NCBI GenBank assembly: GCA_937934655.1
Contig: CALGZB010000245.1
Coordinates: 13,448 to 77,447 of the forward strand
Length of the DNA stretch: 64,000 nucleotides
Reading direction: 5' to 3'
Source of the DNA: an uncultured Acidimicrobiales bacterium
GTDB lineage: Bacteria > Actinomycetota > Acidimicrobiia > Acidimicrobiales > SHLQ01
The notes under the pieces are model-generated. The model did not search any database and had not been told where the DNA came from. It was given only the letters and a program-made list of their open reading frames with translations. The translations under genes and the position numbers were made by a program. Shown here piece by piece: positions 35,352 through 45,027 of the stretch (position 1 is its first letter; every line of letters begins with the position of its first letter).

Positions 35352-36161
35352 GTGAATCGAAGAACATTCCTCGGAGTAATGGGAGCAACCACGCTTGGCG
35401 CAGTCACGATGACCGCCGAAAGCGCCATGGCCCAAGCCAACCCCGATACCCCGTCCGCTGTTCCGTCCCCAATGAACTTCTCCGGATCGGATCTCACCGG
35501 CTGGGAAACGGTGGTTGGCGACGGCATTTACGCCCCGGCTGGTGTGGCTGCAGTCGCTCTTAGCGACATTGCCACCATCGACGCGGGCACCCACAGCTCG
35601 CTCCTCATGAACGTCAACGAACGCCCAATCATGGCCCACAACATCGCCTTCAACCGGATTGTCGACGACACCTTGTTCGACTACAAACACGACTGCAGCT
35701 ACGAATTCCGGATGCCGACCCTCGACACACCAACGAACCCCGGGATCAAGGCCCAAACCGTCGAAGGCGGGCTCTTTATCTGGGATGGCGGTGGCAACCG
35801 CCGAGACCATGGCCTCGGATTTCAGTGGGTGCTTAACCCTTGGGACCCAAAGTACGGCGCGATTCAGACCTGGTCGATGAGCCGAGCTGGGTGGACCGAT
35901 ACCGGGTACCTGGAACCCGACAATGAATGGCACCTCTTCGAGGCCATGGTGGATCACCGCCAAAACAAGGCGTGCATCCTTCTCGATGGTGAAGAGTTCT
36001 CCACCAAATACACGCAGCGTCGCAAGCCCAGCTACTGGGGCAACGAGACCGCCGCACGACTGCAGGTTGAAGCAATCAGCCTTGACCCGGGAACACAAAC
36101 ATCGGCGCCTACCCACACCGTCGACGTACGCAACTGGACCTGGGACTGCACGCCGGTTTAA
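35352..36161 (+). CDS. Tat-exported hypothetical protein (beta-sandwich-like)
   Basis: Twin-arginine signal VNRRTFLGVMGATTLGAVTMTAESAMAQA when starting from the GTG at 35352. No catalytic motif recognised. Confidence 0.55.
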   Translation: MNRRTFLGVMGATTLGAVTMTAESAMAQANPDTPSAVPSPMNFSGSDLTGWETVVGDGIYAPAGVAAVALSDIATIDAGTHSSLLMNVNERPIMAHNIAFNRIVDDTLFDYKHDCSYEFRMPTLDTPTNPGIKAQTVEGGLFIWDGGGNRRDHGLGFQWVLNPWDPKYGAIQTWSMSRAGWTDTGYLEPDNEWHLFEAMVDHRQNKACILLDGEEFSTKYTQRRKPSYWGNETAARLQVEAISLDPGTQTSAPTHTVDVRNWTWDCTPV

Positions 36162-36209
36162 CACCGGCTCAGCGACCCCTCTACAAACCAAGAACCAAAG
36201 AAGAAACCA

Positions 36210-37193
36210 ATGGCCTCAACCCTCACCGCAACCTCCGCAGCAACCCAGCAACACTCGCTTCAAACCCCACTGACCTCTTCTGTCGTGGTTTGCGCAAACA
36301 GCTATGAACGAATCGGCGACATTCGGGCCGCTCTCCATGCTGTCGGGAATCAGACGGTGCTTCCCGCCGAAGTACTGCTGGTGGTCGACGGCAACGACGA
36401 ACTCTTCGATCGACTGTCCGACCAGATCGAAGGGTTGGGACACGTTCCCGTGCGGTTGCTCACCAATCGGCACAAACAGGGACTAGCTGGCGCTAGGAAC
36501 ACCGGTGTCGAGGAAGCTAGCGGCGACATCGTCGTGTTTCTCGACGACGATGCTGCTCCGGACAAGTCCTGGCTCGAGGTTCTCCTCTGCTGCTACGAAG
36601 ATTCCTCGGTCATGGGTGTCGGTGGGGGCGCTACGCCCAGCTGGCACCTCGACAAACCAGAGTGGTTTCCCGACGAGTTCGCTTGGGTGGTGGGTTGTAG
36701 CTATTCCGGTATGCCACAGCGTGGTGATGAGATCCAAAACCTCATCGGCTGCAACATGTCGTTCCGCCGGAGTGTGCTTCAAGACGCGAAGGGTTTCCGC
36801 GAAGAGGCAACCCGAGCAGATATGTCGCCCCTTGGCTCCGAAGAAGCTGAGCTCTGTATCCGCTTGGGTCAGGCACACCCCGACCTGAAGATTGTGCATG
36901 AGCCACGGTCCACGGTTCGTCACCGGGTATGGCGCGACCGAAGCACCTTCCGGTACTTCCGCCGCCGCTGCTACGCCGAGGGCGTGTCGCGGGCGAAGGT
37001 CTCGCGGCTTGTGCGAAACGCCGGTGGACATTCGGGCGAACGAAAATTTGTGACCCAGACTCTCCCTCTCGCGGTTGTCCGAACGATTCGGACCGGACCA
37101 GGCCGGGTCGGCAAAACCGCCGCCGTACTTTGCGGGCTCCTCGTGGCTTCTGCTGGCTATTTCATCGGATCGCTCTCGGCTCGGTTGTCGTAG
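36210..37193 (+). CDS. Family 2 glycosyltransferase
   Basis: SVVVCANSYE...AVGNQT...GLAGARNTGVEEASGDIVVFLDDDAAP is the GT-A DxD region. Confidence 0.8.
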   Translation: MASTLTATSAATQQHSLQTPLTSSVVVCANSYERIGDIRAALHAVGNQTVLPAEVLLVVDGNDELFDRLSDQIEGLGHVPVRLLTNRHKQGLAGARNTGVEEASGDIVVFLDDDAAPDKSWLEVLLCCYEDSSVMGVGGGATPSWHLDKPEWFPDEFAWVVGCSYSGMPQRGDEIQNLIGCNMSFRRSVLQDAKGFREEATRADMSPLGSEEAELCIRLGQAHPDLKIVHEPRSTVRHRVWRDRSTFRYFRRRCYAEGVSRAKVSRLVRNAGGHSGERKFVTQTLPLAVVRTIRTGPGRVGKTAAVLCGLLVASAGYFIGSLSARLS

Positions 37194-37295
37194 CTTTCGC
37201 CCGCCTAAGCTGGGACCATCGACGACCTTCACTATTCCGGCGCAGCCGAACAGCACCTCCGAGTCGTTGCCGGCGAGCTGTCAGTAACGGAGCTC

Positions 37296-38588
37296 GTGCA
37301 GTCACTTCTCGATCGGATTGAGGTGGTCGACCCATCGATCAACGCCTATCGCGTGGTGTTTGCCCAAAAGGCACTGCGCGAGGCTGCCGACCTTGACCGC
37401 ATCGGACTGTTGGACGACCAGCCATTGTTCGGGGTGCCGGTAGCCATCAAAGACAACATCGATGTCGCGGGAGAACTCACCACTGTTGGGTCTGCCGGCA
37501 ATACCCAACCGGCTTTGCTGGACTCGCCACTGGTGGACGGATTGCGAAAGGCCGGCGCGGTAATCATCGGGAAGACCACGTGTTCCGAACTCACCGTGTG
37601 GCCTTTTACCGAGAACGAAACCTGGGGTAAGACTCGCAACCCTTGGAACACCGACTACAGCCCTGGCGGTTCGAGTGGCGGGTCAGGGGCTGCGGTGGCC
37701 GCCGGTCTCTGCGGTATCGCCGTCGGGAGCGACGGACTCGGGTCGATCCGGGTCCCTGCCGGTTTCACCGGTGTCGTCGGACTCAAACCTCACCGGGGTC
37801 GTGTGTGGCACGGCCCACAAAGCTGGCATGGCCTTTCAACCAACGGACCGCTCGCACGCTCGGTTGCCGACACTGCGCGGTTTCTTGATGCGGTCGGATC
37901 TGACACTCCTGCTGGCGGATTCAGCGCGGGGTTGCAGGGACTTGGCAGACCGCTTCGCATCGCGATGTGTCTCAAGCCAATGGTCGACTATCCCGCTTCG
38001 GCTCGCCTCGGCGACGAGGAGCGGCTTGCGGTGCTAACGACTGCCAGTGTTCTAAAGGATCTAGGGCACACGGTGGTCGAGCATGCCTTGAGCTTCTCGC
38101 GGAAGGGTCCAAACAACGGCATGATTCGGTACCTTGCGGGTGTCGATCAGAATCTTCAAGCGGTCGAGTTCCCCGACCGCATCACCAAGCGCACGGCCAG
38201 GATGGCGGCAATCGGCCGCCGCATCCCGCAGCGGATCATCGATAAGGCACTTCGGGATGAGGTGGCGATTGGTGAACAGCTCAACCAGGTGTTCGACGAC
38301 TTCGATGTCGTGTTGACCCCGGGCGCTGTCGAGCGACCGCTTCGTATCGGCGAGCTCGACGGAATGGGAGCGTTACTCACGCTCCGAAGTTCCGGAAAAC
38401 GTATCCCGCATTACGGAATCTGGAACGTGGTGGGTCAGCCCGCAATGTCGGTGCCCGCAGGCTTCAGCAGCATGGGTTTACCGCTATCGGTGCAGCTAGC
38501 AGGAAAACCAATGGACGAGCTCACCCTGATGCAGGTAGCCGCCCAGCTAGAAATCGCGCAACCGTGGAGCAACAGCCGCCCAGTCTAA
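37296..38588 (+). CDS. Amidase-signature family amidase
   Basis: GVPVAIKDNIDVAG and GGSSGGSGAAVAAG. The frame is open from 37209 and encodes conserved-looking N-terminal residues (LRVVAGELSVTELV) upstream of the first canonical start (GTG at 37296). Confidence 0.85.
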   Translation: MQSLLDRIEVVDPSINAYRVVFAQKALREAADLDRIGLLDDQPLFGVPVAIKDNIDVAGELTTVGSAGNTQPALLDSPLVDGLRKAGAVIIGKTTCSELTVWPFTENETWGKTRNPWNTDYSPGGSSGGSGAAVAAGLCGIAVGSDGLGSIRVPAGFTGVVGLKPHRGRVWHGPQSWHGLSTNGPLARSVADTARFLDAVGSDTPAGGFSAGLQGLGRPLRIAMCLKPMVDYPASARLGDEERLAVLTTASVLKDLGHTVVEHALSFSRKGPNNGMIRYLAGVDQNLQAVEFPDRITKRTARMAAIGRRIPQRIIDKALRDEVAIGEQLNQVFDDFDVVLTPGAVERPLRIGELDGMGALLTLRSSGKRIPHYGIWNVVGQPAMSVPAGFSSMGLPLSVQLAGKPMDELTLMQVAAQLEIAQPWSNSRPV

Positions 38589-38611
38589 AAGGAAGAACCC
38601 CACAGACGCGT

Positions 38612-38648
38612 CCACCTGGCACCAAAACCCCTATTCGGTGCCAGGTGG
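38612..38648. repeat. Copy A of a repeated hairpin element: CCACCTGGCACC, 13-nt C-rich loop, GGTGCCAGGTGG
   Basis: Perfect 12-bp stem, 24 nt after the amidase stop. A near-identical element lies at 46271-46307. Confidence 0.8.
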
Positions 38649-38785
38649 AAAAACGGGGGTTTGGTTCCAGGCACCGGCTTTGTCCAAGCGCTGGGAGTCG
38701 TGCCGCAGCGCCAGCGAAGGCCGAGGGCAACGACAACGGGTCATAGCGAAGCGTGGGAGCGGAGGCTTGCCGAAGCGACCCAGAA

Positions 38786-41659
38786 TTAGAGCCGGTAGGC
38801 GGCTGGGTTCGGTTTTAGGGGCCTCGCGTACCAGAGGGGGCGGCGGAGGCCTCCGTTTTTGTCGGCGCTTGCTGGACGAGTTTTGGCGAGCCATTCGAGG
38901 TAGGCCTCGCGGGACTTGGCGGTGTCGACCACGACATCGCCGTATTCGTCGCCTACCTCGGCCGGCGTGATGTTGACCTTCTGGTGCCAGCACTGCATAC
39001 CCGAGATCGGGTCGGGCTGGACACAGAAAGTGGCGTTCTGGTGCACGCCGGTGTCGTTCCACCAGACACGGTTGGTGTCGGCGTCGGCAACGCCCTCGGT
39101 GCCGCTGGAGTCGTAGGGCTCCATGCCATGCTCACGCTTGAGCTTCCAGACGGTGCCGCCGGCTCCGTTCGGATCGTTGGTGATGTTGGCTTTGCCCGAG
39201 CCCCAGGACCGGGCTTTGTCTTCGTCGAGACGCCAGCGACCCATGTGGTGCGATGCGGCAACGACGCCGGGGCGAATGCCTTCGGTGCGCCATGCGGAGA
39301 TGACGAAGTGGCCAATGCGGGTGGTTACCCGGACCAGCCCGTTCTCTTCGATGAGTAGCTTCTCGGCATCCTCAGGGTGAACCCAGAGTGGATGCCGGTG
39401 GCTGATCTCGTTGAGCCACTTTGAGTTGGCCGAACGGGTGTGGATGAGGGTCGGAATTCGGAACGTTGGCAGCAAAATCCGCTCGTTGCCGGCCATGTCG
39501 ATGTCTTCCCAATGCACCTGCGAAGGAATCCATTTGGGCGTGGCGTACTCGGGCCAGCCCCAGTCGGCGAGCGTGTTGGAGTACAGCTCGAGCTTCTTCG
39601 AGGGGGTGGGGAATCCTTCGAGGGCTTCACCGTCGATCTCTACAGCGGGCGAACCTTCGCCAAGCGGCGACAGCTTGAGACCATCGAGGTCGGCATCGTC
39701 GCCCGACCAGGCGCTGGGTGTGCCGGCCTTGCGGTAGACGCCGTCGTCGGTCTTGATGCTGTCTTCCAACAGGCTGTCGTCGACGATATTTTCGTACGGC
39801 TCGTACGGGTCGGTGGGCACGGCGAAAGCGGAGCGATCGCGCATGAAGTCGAGCGGGTCTTGCCCGGCTGCAGCGGCGGCTTCGGGTAAACCGGGGACGT
39901 TCTCGGTGAACATCTTGCGGTAGTACTCGTCGATGGTGACCGGCTTGCCTGGGTGTTGCTCGCTTTCGAACCATTGGCGGATTCCGAGCTCGCCGTCTGG
40001 GTCGATCTTCCATGACAGGTCGATCCAGAATTCGTTCTCTTCCCACACCTCGCCAGGGTTGTAGTCGTAGCTTCGAGTGTCGGGTCCAAGCACGCCGGTG
40101 CCGCCCGCCTGGATGTCTTTGATCTCGGCGTAGCGCCGGAACACCGACTGGCGGAAACCGATCCAGCGACCGGCGTGGGTTTCGTAGCTGGTGACGTCGT
40201 GGCGTTCGGCCGAGACGCCCATCGGCAGGGCGTAGTCGGCAAACCAGGACGTCTCCGACCAGGTTGGGGTGAGCGCAACATGACAGCGGACCTTGTTCTC
40301 GTCGGTCAGCGCTTCCATCCAGCTGAAGCCGTCAGGGTTGGTCCAGATCGGGTTGTAAACCCGCGAGAAGTACATCTCAAGACTGCCGCGACCCTCGTTG
40401 AGGAAGTGCGGCAGAAGGATCGACATCTCGTGGTACGCCAAGGGGTATTCCTTGGGCCATTCGAGTTCGTTCCACTCGTGGGTGTTGGGGGCGCCCATGG
40501 GAGCGGCGGCTTTAAACTTGTTCATGCCGTTGCCGGCGGTTCCGCCCTTAGTGGCTACCGAACCGGTGAGCACGTTGAGGAAGAACAGGCACCGAGCTAC
40601 TTGCCAGCCGCCCATGTGGCCGGCGCCAGCTGCACGCCAGTTGTGCGAGGCAAACTTGGTGGGGTTCTCGCCGATGAGTTCGGCGATTTCACGAATGGTC
40701 GCCGCGTCGATACCAGTTTTTTGTTCGGCTGCTTCTGGGGTGTACTCGGCGTACTCCTCGAGCAGCGCGTCGCGCATCTGGGAGAAGTCGACCGGGCGAT
40801 CGGGGTGTTTCTGTTGAAGGTAGGTTTCCCAGTTGGTCCACCGCTCCATAAAGGTGGCATTCCAGGTTTCCTGCTCGATGAGCTCGCGGGCGATGGCCAG
40901 CAGGAGGAAGGGTTCGGTACCAGGCCACGTGGGCAGCCAGAAGTCGGCTTTGGCGCCGGTGTTGCTGAGCCGCGGGTCGACGCAGATGATCTTGGCACCA
41001 GCCTCTTGGGCTTCGATGATCCGCTGAGCGTGCGGGTTGAAGTAATGACCCGATTCGAGGTGCGCCGAGATGAGGAAGATGACTTTGGCGTTGGCGAAGT
41101 CTGACGATGGGCGGTCGTGGCCCATCCAGCTTTGGTAGCCGATGCGGGCGTTGGAGGAGCAGATGTTGGTGTGGCTGTTGTGGCCGTCGACGCCCCAGGC
41201 CTTGAGAACGCGGTCGGTGTAGCCGTCCTCGCCGGGACGACCGACGTGGTACATGATTTCGTTCCGACGCTCTTCGATGATCGCGGTACGAATGCGTTCG
41301 GCGATTTCGTCGAGTGCTTGGTCCCAAGTGATCCGCTCCCACTGGCCCGAACCACGCTCGCCTTTGCGCTTCATTGGGTAGAGGATGCGCTCGGGATCGT
41401 AGATCTGGTTGAGCGTGGCCGGGCCCTTGGCGCAGTTGCGTCCGCGGCTGGCCGGATGCTCGGGGTTACCTTCGATCTTGGTGATCTCGTCGGTCTCTTG
41501 ATCGAAGTACGCCACCAAACCACACGCCGCTTCGCAGTTGAAGCAGGTGGTGGGAATAAGGGTGTACTTGCGTTCCACCTTGTCGGGCCAGGCTTTGGCG
41601 TCGAGTTCGGTCCAGTCGTGCCACTTTGCGAGCGGCGGGTACTTCGAGAGTTCAGTCAT
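38786..41659 (-). CDS. Molybdopterin (bis-MGD) oxidoreductase catalytic subunit, no Tat signal
   Basis: N-terminal FeS motif CFNCEAACGLVAYF...CAKG. Size 957 aa with molybdopterin oxidoreductase blocks throughout. No RR signal peptide. Confidence 0.8.
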   Translation of the reverse strand: MTELSKYPPLAKWHDWTELDAKAWPDKVERKYTLIPTTCFNCEAACGLVAYFDQETDEITKIEGNPEHPASRGRNCAKGPATLNQIYDPERILYPMKRKGERGSGQWERITWDQALDEIAERIRTAIIEERRNEIMYHVGRPGEDGYTDRVLKAWGVDGHNSHTNICSSNARIGYQSWMGHDRPSSDFANAKVIFLISAHLESGHYFNPHAQRIIEAQEAGAKIICVDPRLSNTGAKADFWLPTWPGTEPFLLLAIARELIEQETWNATFMERWTNWETYLQQKHPDRPVDFSQMRDALLEEYAEYTPEAAEQKTGIDAATIREIAELIGENPTKFASHNWRAAGAGHMGGWQVARCLFFLNVLTGSVATKGGTAGNGMNKFKAAAPMGAPNTHEWNELEWPKEYPLAYHEMSILLPHFLNEGRGSLEMYFSRVYNPIWTNPDGFSWMEALTDENKVRCHVALTPTWSETSWFADYALPMGVSAERHDVTSYETHAGRWIGFRQSVFRRYAEIKDIQAGGTGVLGPDTRSYDYNPGEVWEENEFWIDLSWKIDPDGELGIRQWFESEQHPGKPVTIDEYYRKMFTENVPGLPEAAAAAGQDPLDFMRDRSAFAVPTDPYEPYENIVDDSLLEDSIKTDDGVYRKAGTPSAWSGDDADLDGLKLSPLGEGSPAVEIDGEALEGFPTPSKKLELYSNTLADWGWPEYATPKWIPSQVHWEDIDMAGNERILLPTFRIPTLIHTRSANSKWLNEISHRHPLWVHPEDAEKLLIEENGLVRVTTRIGHFVISAWRTEGIRPGVVAASHHMGRWRLDEDKARSWGSGKANITNDPNGAGGTVWKLKREHGMEPYDSSGTEGVADADTNRVWWNDTGVHQNATFCVQPDPISGMQCWHQKVNITPAEVGDEYGDVVVDTAKSREAYLEWLAKTRPASADKNGGLRRPLWYARPLKPNPAAYRL

Positions 41660-41675
41660 GAATCAGCCTTGAGAG

Positions 41676-43232
41676 TTATGAAAGAGGTACGGACTGGCCA
41701 GCTCGCACGAAGGAATCTTCGTAGGCGAACATGCCGACCAATGCGAGCAAACCTGCGAGTGCGGCAGGGATTGCGCTACTGATGTCGAGCGCCAAGGTGA
41801 GAATTACCAGTGCGGCCGGGATGACCAAGCCAACGAGGATGCCGCCCCACCAAAACTGCTTGGCGTATTGGCCCTTGGTCATGATGTCGACAGCCATCTC
41901 GACGTGGCGACTTCCCTTCGATGTGAGCTCCATTGCAACGAATGCGGCCGTGGCACCGAGGCCGCCAAGCAGGACCCAGCAAATGGTCTTGGCGTCGGGC
42001 ACGTCGATGAACAGTTCGAGGATTGCGTAGGCCGCTCCGCCGGCGGTGACCGCCTGGGCAAGGAGCACGGGCAGCAGCAGCGGTGTTTGCCACAGGTCTC
42101 GACCTTCGCATTGCCCGAACAAGAAGGCGGTGTAGCCGGCGGTTCCGAGTGCGCCGATGACGGCAGGGATGGCCAGTACCTTCAGCAGCGTCTCGGATTC
42201 GATGAGGCCGCCGATCCACCAGAGGGCAAGCACGATGGAGAAGGCCATGAGCACATAGGCGCCCTTGACCAACCATGACTGCCAGTTTCCTTTGGTGATG
42301 AGGTAGTAGAAGCGACCAGGTTGCTTGAGGTCGCTAACCAGAAGCACGCCGGTGATAGCGAGGAACACGCCGGCGATCATCGGCGGGATAACGCCGACGG
42401 CGGCTTGAGAATCGCTATTGCCCATGAGCACGAGGAGCGAGGCCACGAGCATGACCCCGGCGGCGATGGCTTTGGTGACGAGGTAGCCCGACACCTTTGC
42501 TTTCCAGGTCATCTGGTGGGCGGTGGTGTAGGCGGTTCGGGCGATAACGCCCTCTTCGTCGGTGGGCTTCTTGCCCAGGTGCACGGGCACGGTGGGGTGT
42601 TTCGGACCGCCCATGTTTCCGACGAGAGTGTCGGCCCAGATCATGCCGTCGTTGGCGATGGCGGTTCGGGTGGGGTCGAGCGAGGCTTGGTCGGCGCCGC
42701 GGTAATACACCTTTGGTTTGGTGTTTTGTTCGGGCGACCGCACGGCCACGTCGTCGCGAGCGATGATGCGACTGATTTCGGAATTGGGATCGTCGAGGTC
42801 GCCGATCTTGATGGCTTCGGTGGGGCAAACAACCTGGCAGGAGGGTTCGAGACCAACCTCGAGTCGGTGGTTGCACATATTGCACTTATGTGCGGTGTTG
42901 GTTTCCGGATTGATATACAGCGCGTCGTACGGGCAGGCGTTCATGCACGACTTACAGCCAATGCAGTCGTCGTCCTGGAAATCGACCACACCGTTGTCGG
43001 CGCGAAACAGCGCCGAGGTTGGACAGATCGTCATACAAGGTGCATCGTCGCACTGGTTGCAGCGCATGACGTTGAACTTGCGGGACACATCGGGGAAGGT
43101 TCCCGTTTCGATGTACTTGACCCATGTGCGGTTTACGCCAAGCGGAACATCATGTTCGCTCTTGCATGCGATGGTGCAGGCATGGCAGCCAATACAGCTG
43201 TCGGAATCGAGTAAAAACCCAAGTCGGGTCAC
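41676..43232 (-). CDS. Fusion of a 4x[4Fe-4S] ferredoxin subunit (DmsB/PsrB-like) with an NrfD/PsrC-like polytopic membrane anchor
   Basis: CIGCHACTIAC, CNQCDDAPC, CIGCKSCMNAC and CNMC...C cluster motifs in the first ~200 aa, followed by about 8 hydrophobic helices. Confidence 0.75.
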   Translation of the reverse strand: MTRLGFLLDSDSCIGCHACTIACKSEHDVPLGVNRTWVKYIETGTFPDVSRKFNVMRCNQCDDAPCMTICPTSALFRADNGVVDFQDDDCIGCKSCMNACPYDALYINPETNTAHKCNMCNHRLEVGLEPSCQVVCPTEAIKIGDLDDPNSEISRIIARDDVAVRSPEQNTKPKVYYRGADQASLDPTRTAIANDGMIWADTLVGNMGGPKHPTVPVHLGKKPTDEEGVIARTAYTTAHQMTWKAKVSGYLVTKAIAAGVMLVASLLVLMGNSDSQAAVGVIPPMIAGVFLAITGVLLVSDLKQPGRFYYLITKGNWQSWLVKGAYVLMAFSIVLALWWIGGLIESETLLKVLAIPAVIGALGTAGYTAFLFGQCEGRDLWQTPLLLPVLLAQAVTAGGAAYAILELFIDVPDAKTICWVLLGGLGATAAFVAMELTSKGSRHVEMAVDIMTKGQYAKQFWWGGILVGLVIPAALVILTLALDISSAIPAALAGLLALVGMFAYEDSFVRAGQSVPLS

Positions 43233-43361
43233 AATTTTCCCCCGGTAGTGCGATCGCGCTGAACACGCAATGTGGAGGTTAGACCATCAATCACTTTGGT
43301 TTGACACTCTAACTCGAAATGTACGGTCATTTACCCTGGTCTAGCAGGAACCGTGGAGTGG

Positions 43362-44603
43362 TTAGAGGACGTCGAACGTCAGGCCGGCGTGGGCCTCGAG
43401 TGCTGCGAGCAACTCATCGCCGAGGGCGGTCGATGGCGTCCAGAACCCTCCACCAATCGCTTCGGAGCGCAGCAGGACCAAGGCTGCCTCACCCAACATT
43501 TTCGCCGTCGATCCGTAGCCGGGGTCGCTATCGCCCGTGACCTTGGTCGTAATGGTCTTGCCGTTGGCCGTTTTGCCAAAGAAGCGAAGGTCATAGAAAC
43601 CGGCCTCTTGTTGTTTCGGTGACGGGCCTTCGCCTGGCTGCGGGAGCACCTTGGTCGACAACAGCGACCGCACTGGCCCGATTGAGGCGACTCCCATGAA
43701 CCCGGCCATTCCGGCGGTGACCGCCGCGGCCTTCGCCATACCGATGGGTCCGGCACCGGTCATCATTGCTTCGCCATAGGTGAAGTCGTCGCCCCATGGT
43801 CGGCCGAGAAGGGCATGGCTTCGTTGCACAACCCGGGTGTTGACGGCAGCCATCACAAAAGGAGCAATCCACGACCCCGATACGTCATCGTTTTGGGGCA
43901 CGAGCACTTCAGACTGCTTGACGCCGTCGCGCATTCCTTCGGGAGCGAGCGCGTAGGGGTTGGCCAGCACCTTGCGCAGCGACTTGTCCGCAGCCACTTC
44001 CTCCATCACGTTCATCATGCTCGCGAGCGTTCCACCGCTCGCCCCGCCGTTCATGTCCTTCACCCGCATGTCGATGCTCGTGCATGGCTCGCCGAATTCC
44101 TCAATGGCTTGCTGCTGGGTAAACCAAACACCGAGATCCGATGGGATCGAGTCGAACCCACAGGTGTGCACGATGCGAGCGCCGGTTTGTTCGGCCTCGG
44201 CCTGATGCAGGTCAATCATGCGGCGCATCCACTGCGTTTCGCCGGTGAGGTCGCAGTAGTCGGTGCCGGCAGCAACCGCGGCGGCGACCAGTTCGTTGCC
44301 ATAGAGTGCATAGGGGCCAACCGTTGAAACGACCACGCGTGTCCGCTGAACGAGATCGACCATGTCGTCGACGCTCCGAGCGTCGGCCACGATCTGCGTG
44401 AGCGTCGACCCGTCGGCGCCAGACGATTCGATGACGTTGGCGAGTTTGTCGGCGCTTCGACCGGCGATGGCCCACTTGATGTCGTCGCCTTCGCCCGATG
44501 ACCCGTGCCGTTCGACGAGGTAACGGGTGAGGATTTCGCCGACAAAGCTCGTGGCTCCGAAGACGACAATATCGAAGGGGCGGCTGTTGCGATCGACCGA
44601 CAT
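43362..44603 (-). CDS. Saccharopine dehydrogenase-like NAD(P)-binding oxidoreductase
   Basis: N-terminal Rossmann motif FDIVVFGATSFVGEI. Size is about 410 aa. The start overlaps the arsR stop (TGATG). Confidence 0.7.
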   Translation of the reverse strand: MSVDRNSRPFDIVVFGATSFVGEILTRYLVERHGSSGEGDDIKWAIAGRSADKLANVIESSGADGSTLTQIVADARSVDDMVDLVQRTRVVVSTVGPYALYGNELVAAAVAAGTDYCDLTGETQWMRRMIDLHQAEAEQTGARIVHTCGFDSIPSDLGVWFTQQQAIEEFGEPCTSIDMRVKDMNGGASGGTLASMMNVMEEVAADKSLRKVLANPYALAPEGMRDGVKQSEVLVPQNDDVSGSWIAPFVMAAVNTRVVQRSHALLGRPWGDDFTYGEAMMTGAGPIGMAKAAAVTAGMAGFMGVASIGPVRSLLSTKVLPQPGEGPSPKQQEAGFYDLRFFGKTANGKTITTKVTGDSDPGYGSTAKMLGEAALVLLRSEAIGGGFWTPSTALGDELLAALEAHAGLTFDVL

Positions 44604-44941
44604 CAGCTCATCACCAATGCGGCTCGAACGCTTTCGAGTCGTTCGTTTTCAACCCAGAACCAGGCCCATTTCCCTCGCTGTTCCCGGCCAAGGATTCCAG
44701 CCTTCACCAGAATGGATAGGTGGTGACTCACCGTGGGCTGCGAGCGGTCGAGTGCTGACGGGAAATCACAGGCACATCCTTCTCCGGATGCGGCGATGAT
44801 GTTGACGAGTCGGAGGCGGACGGGGTCGGCCAGGGCCTTTAGCGCCGTAGCGAGATCGCTGGCGTCCTCTTCGCTGAGCGAGGGCCCGAACAACTCGGGA
44901 CAGCACCGGGCGGCATCGTTGGAGGTCATGTCGCCCATCAT
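44603..44941 (-). CDS. arsR: ArsR/SmtB-family metalloregulator
   Basis: DPVRLRLVNII...GCACDF...LDRSQPTVSHHLSILVKAGIL: a CxC in helix 3 plus the HTH. There is also an N-terminal CC pair. Start is ambiguous (44992, 44941, 44938 or 44929). Confidence 0.8.
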   Translation of the reverse strand: MMGDMTSNDAARCCPELFGPSLSEEDASDLATALKALADPVRLRLVNIIAASGEGCACDFPSALDRSQPTVSHHLSILVKAGILGREQRGKWAWFWVENERLESVRAALVMS

Positions 44942-45027
44942 TACAGATGGGGTGGGACACACACTTTCGAAACCCTTCGATGCTCTTGCCAAATCCTTGA
45001 CGGTTGCCAGCGATGGTTGTTGACATG

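Noticed and set aside
38786-41659. Possible selenocysteine (in-frame TGA) in the molybdoenzyme
   Set aside because: The ORF is uninterrupted across its full 957 aa, and I noticed no SECIS-like hairpin. Nothing suggests recoding.
40175-43214. Plus-strand ORFs 40175..41104 (309 aa) and 42321..43214 (297 aa)
   Set aside because: They are antisense to the molybdopterin oxidoreductase and FeS-NrfD genes, both of which carry unmistakable cofactor-binding motifs.
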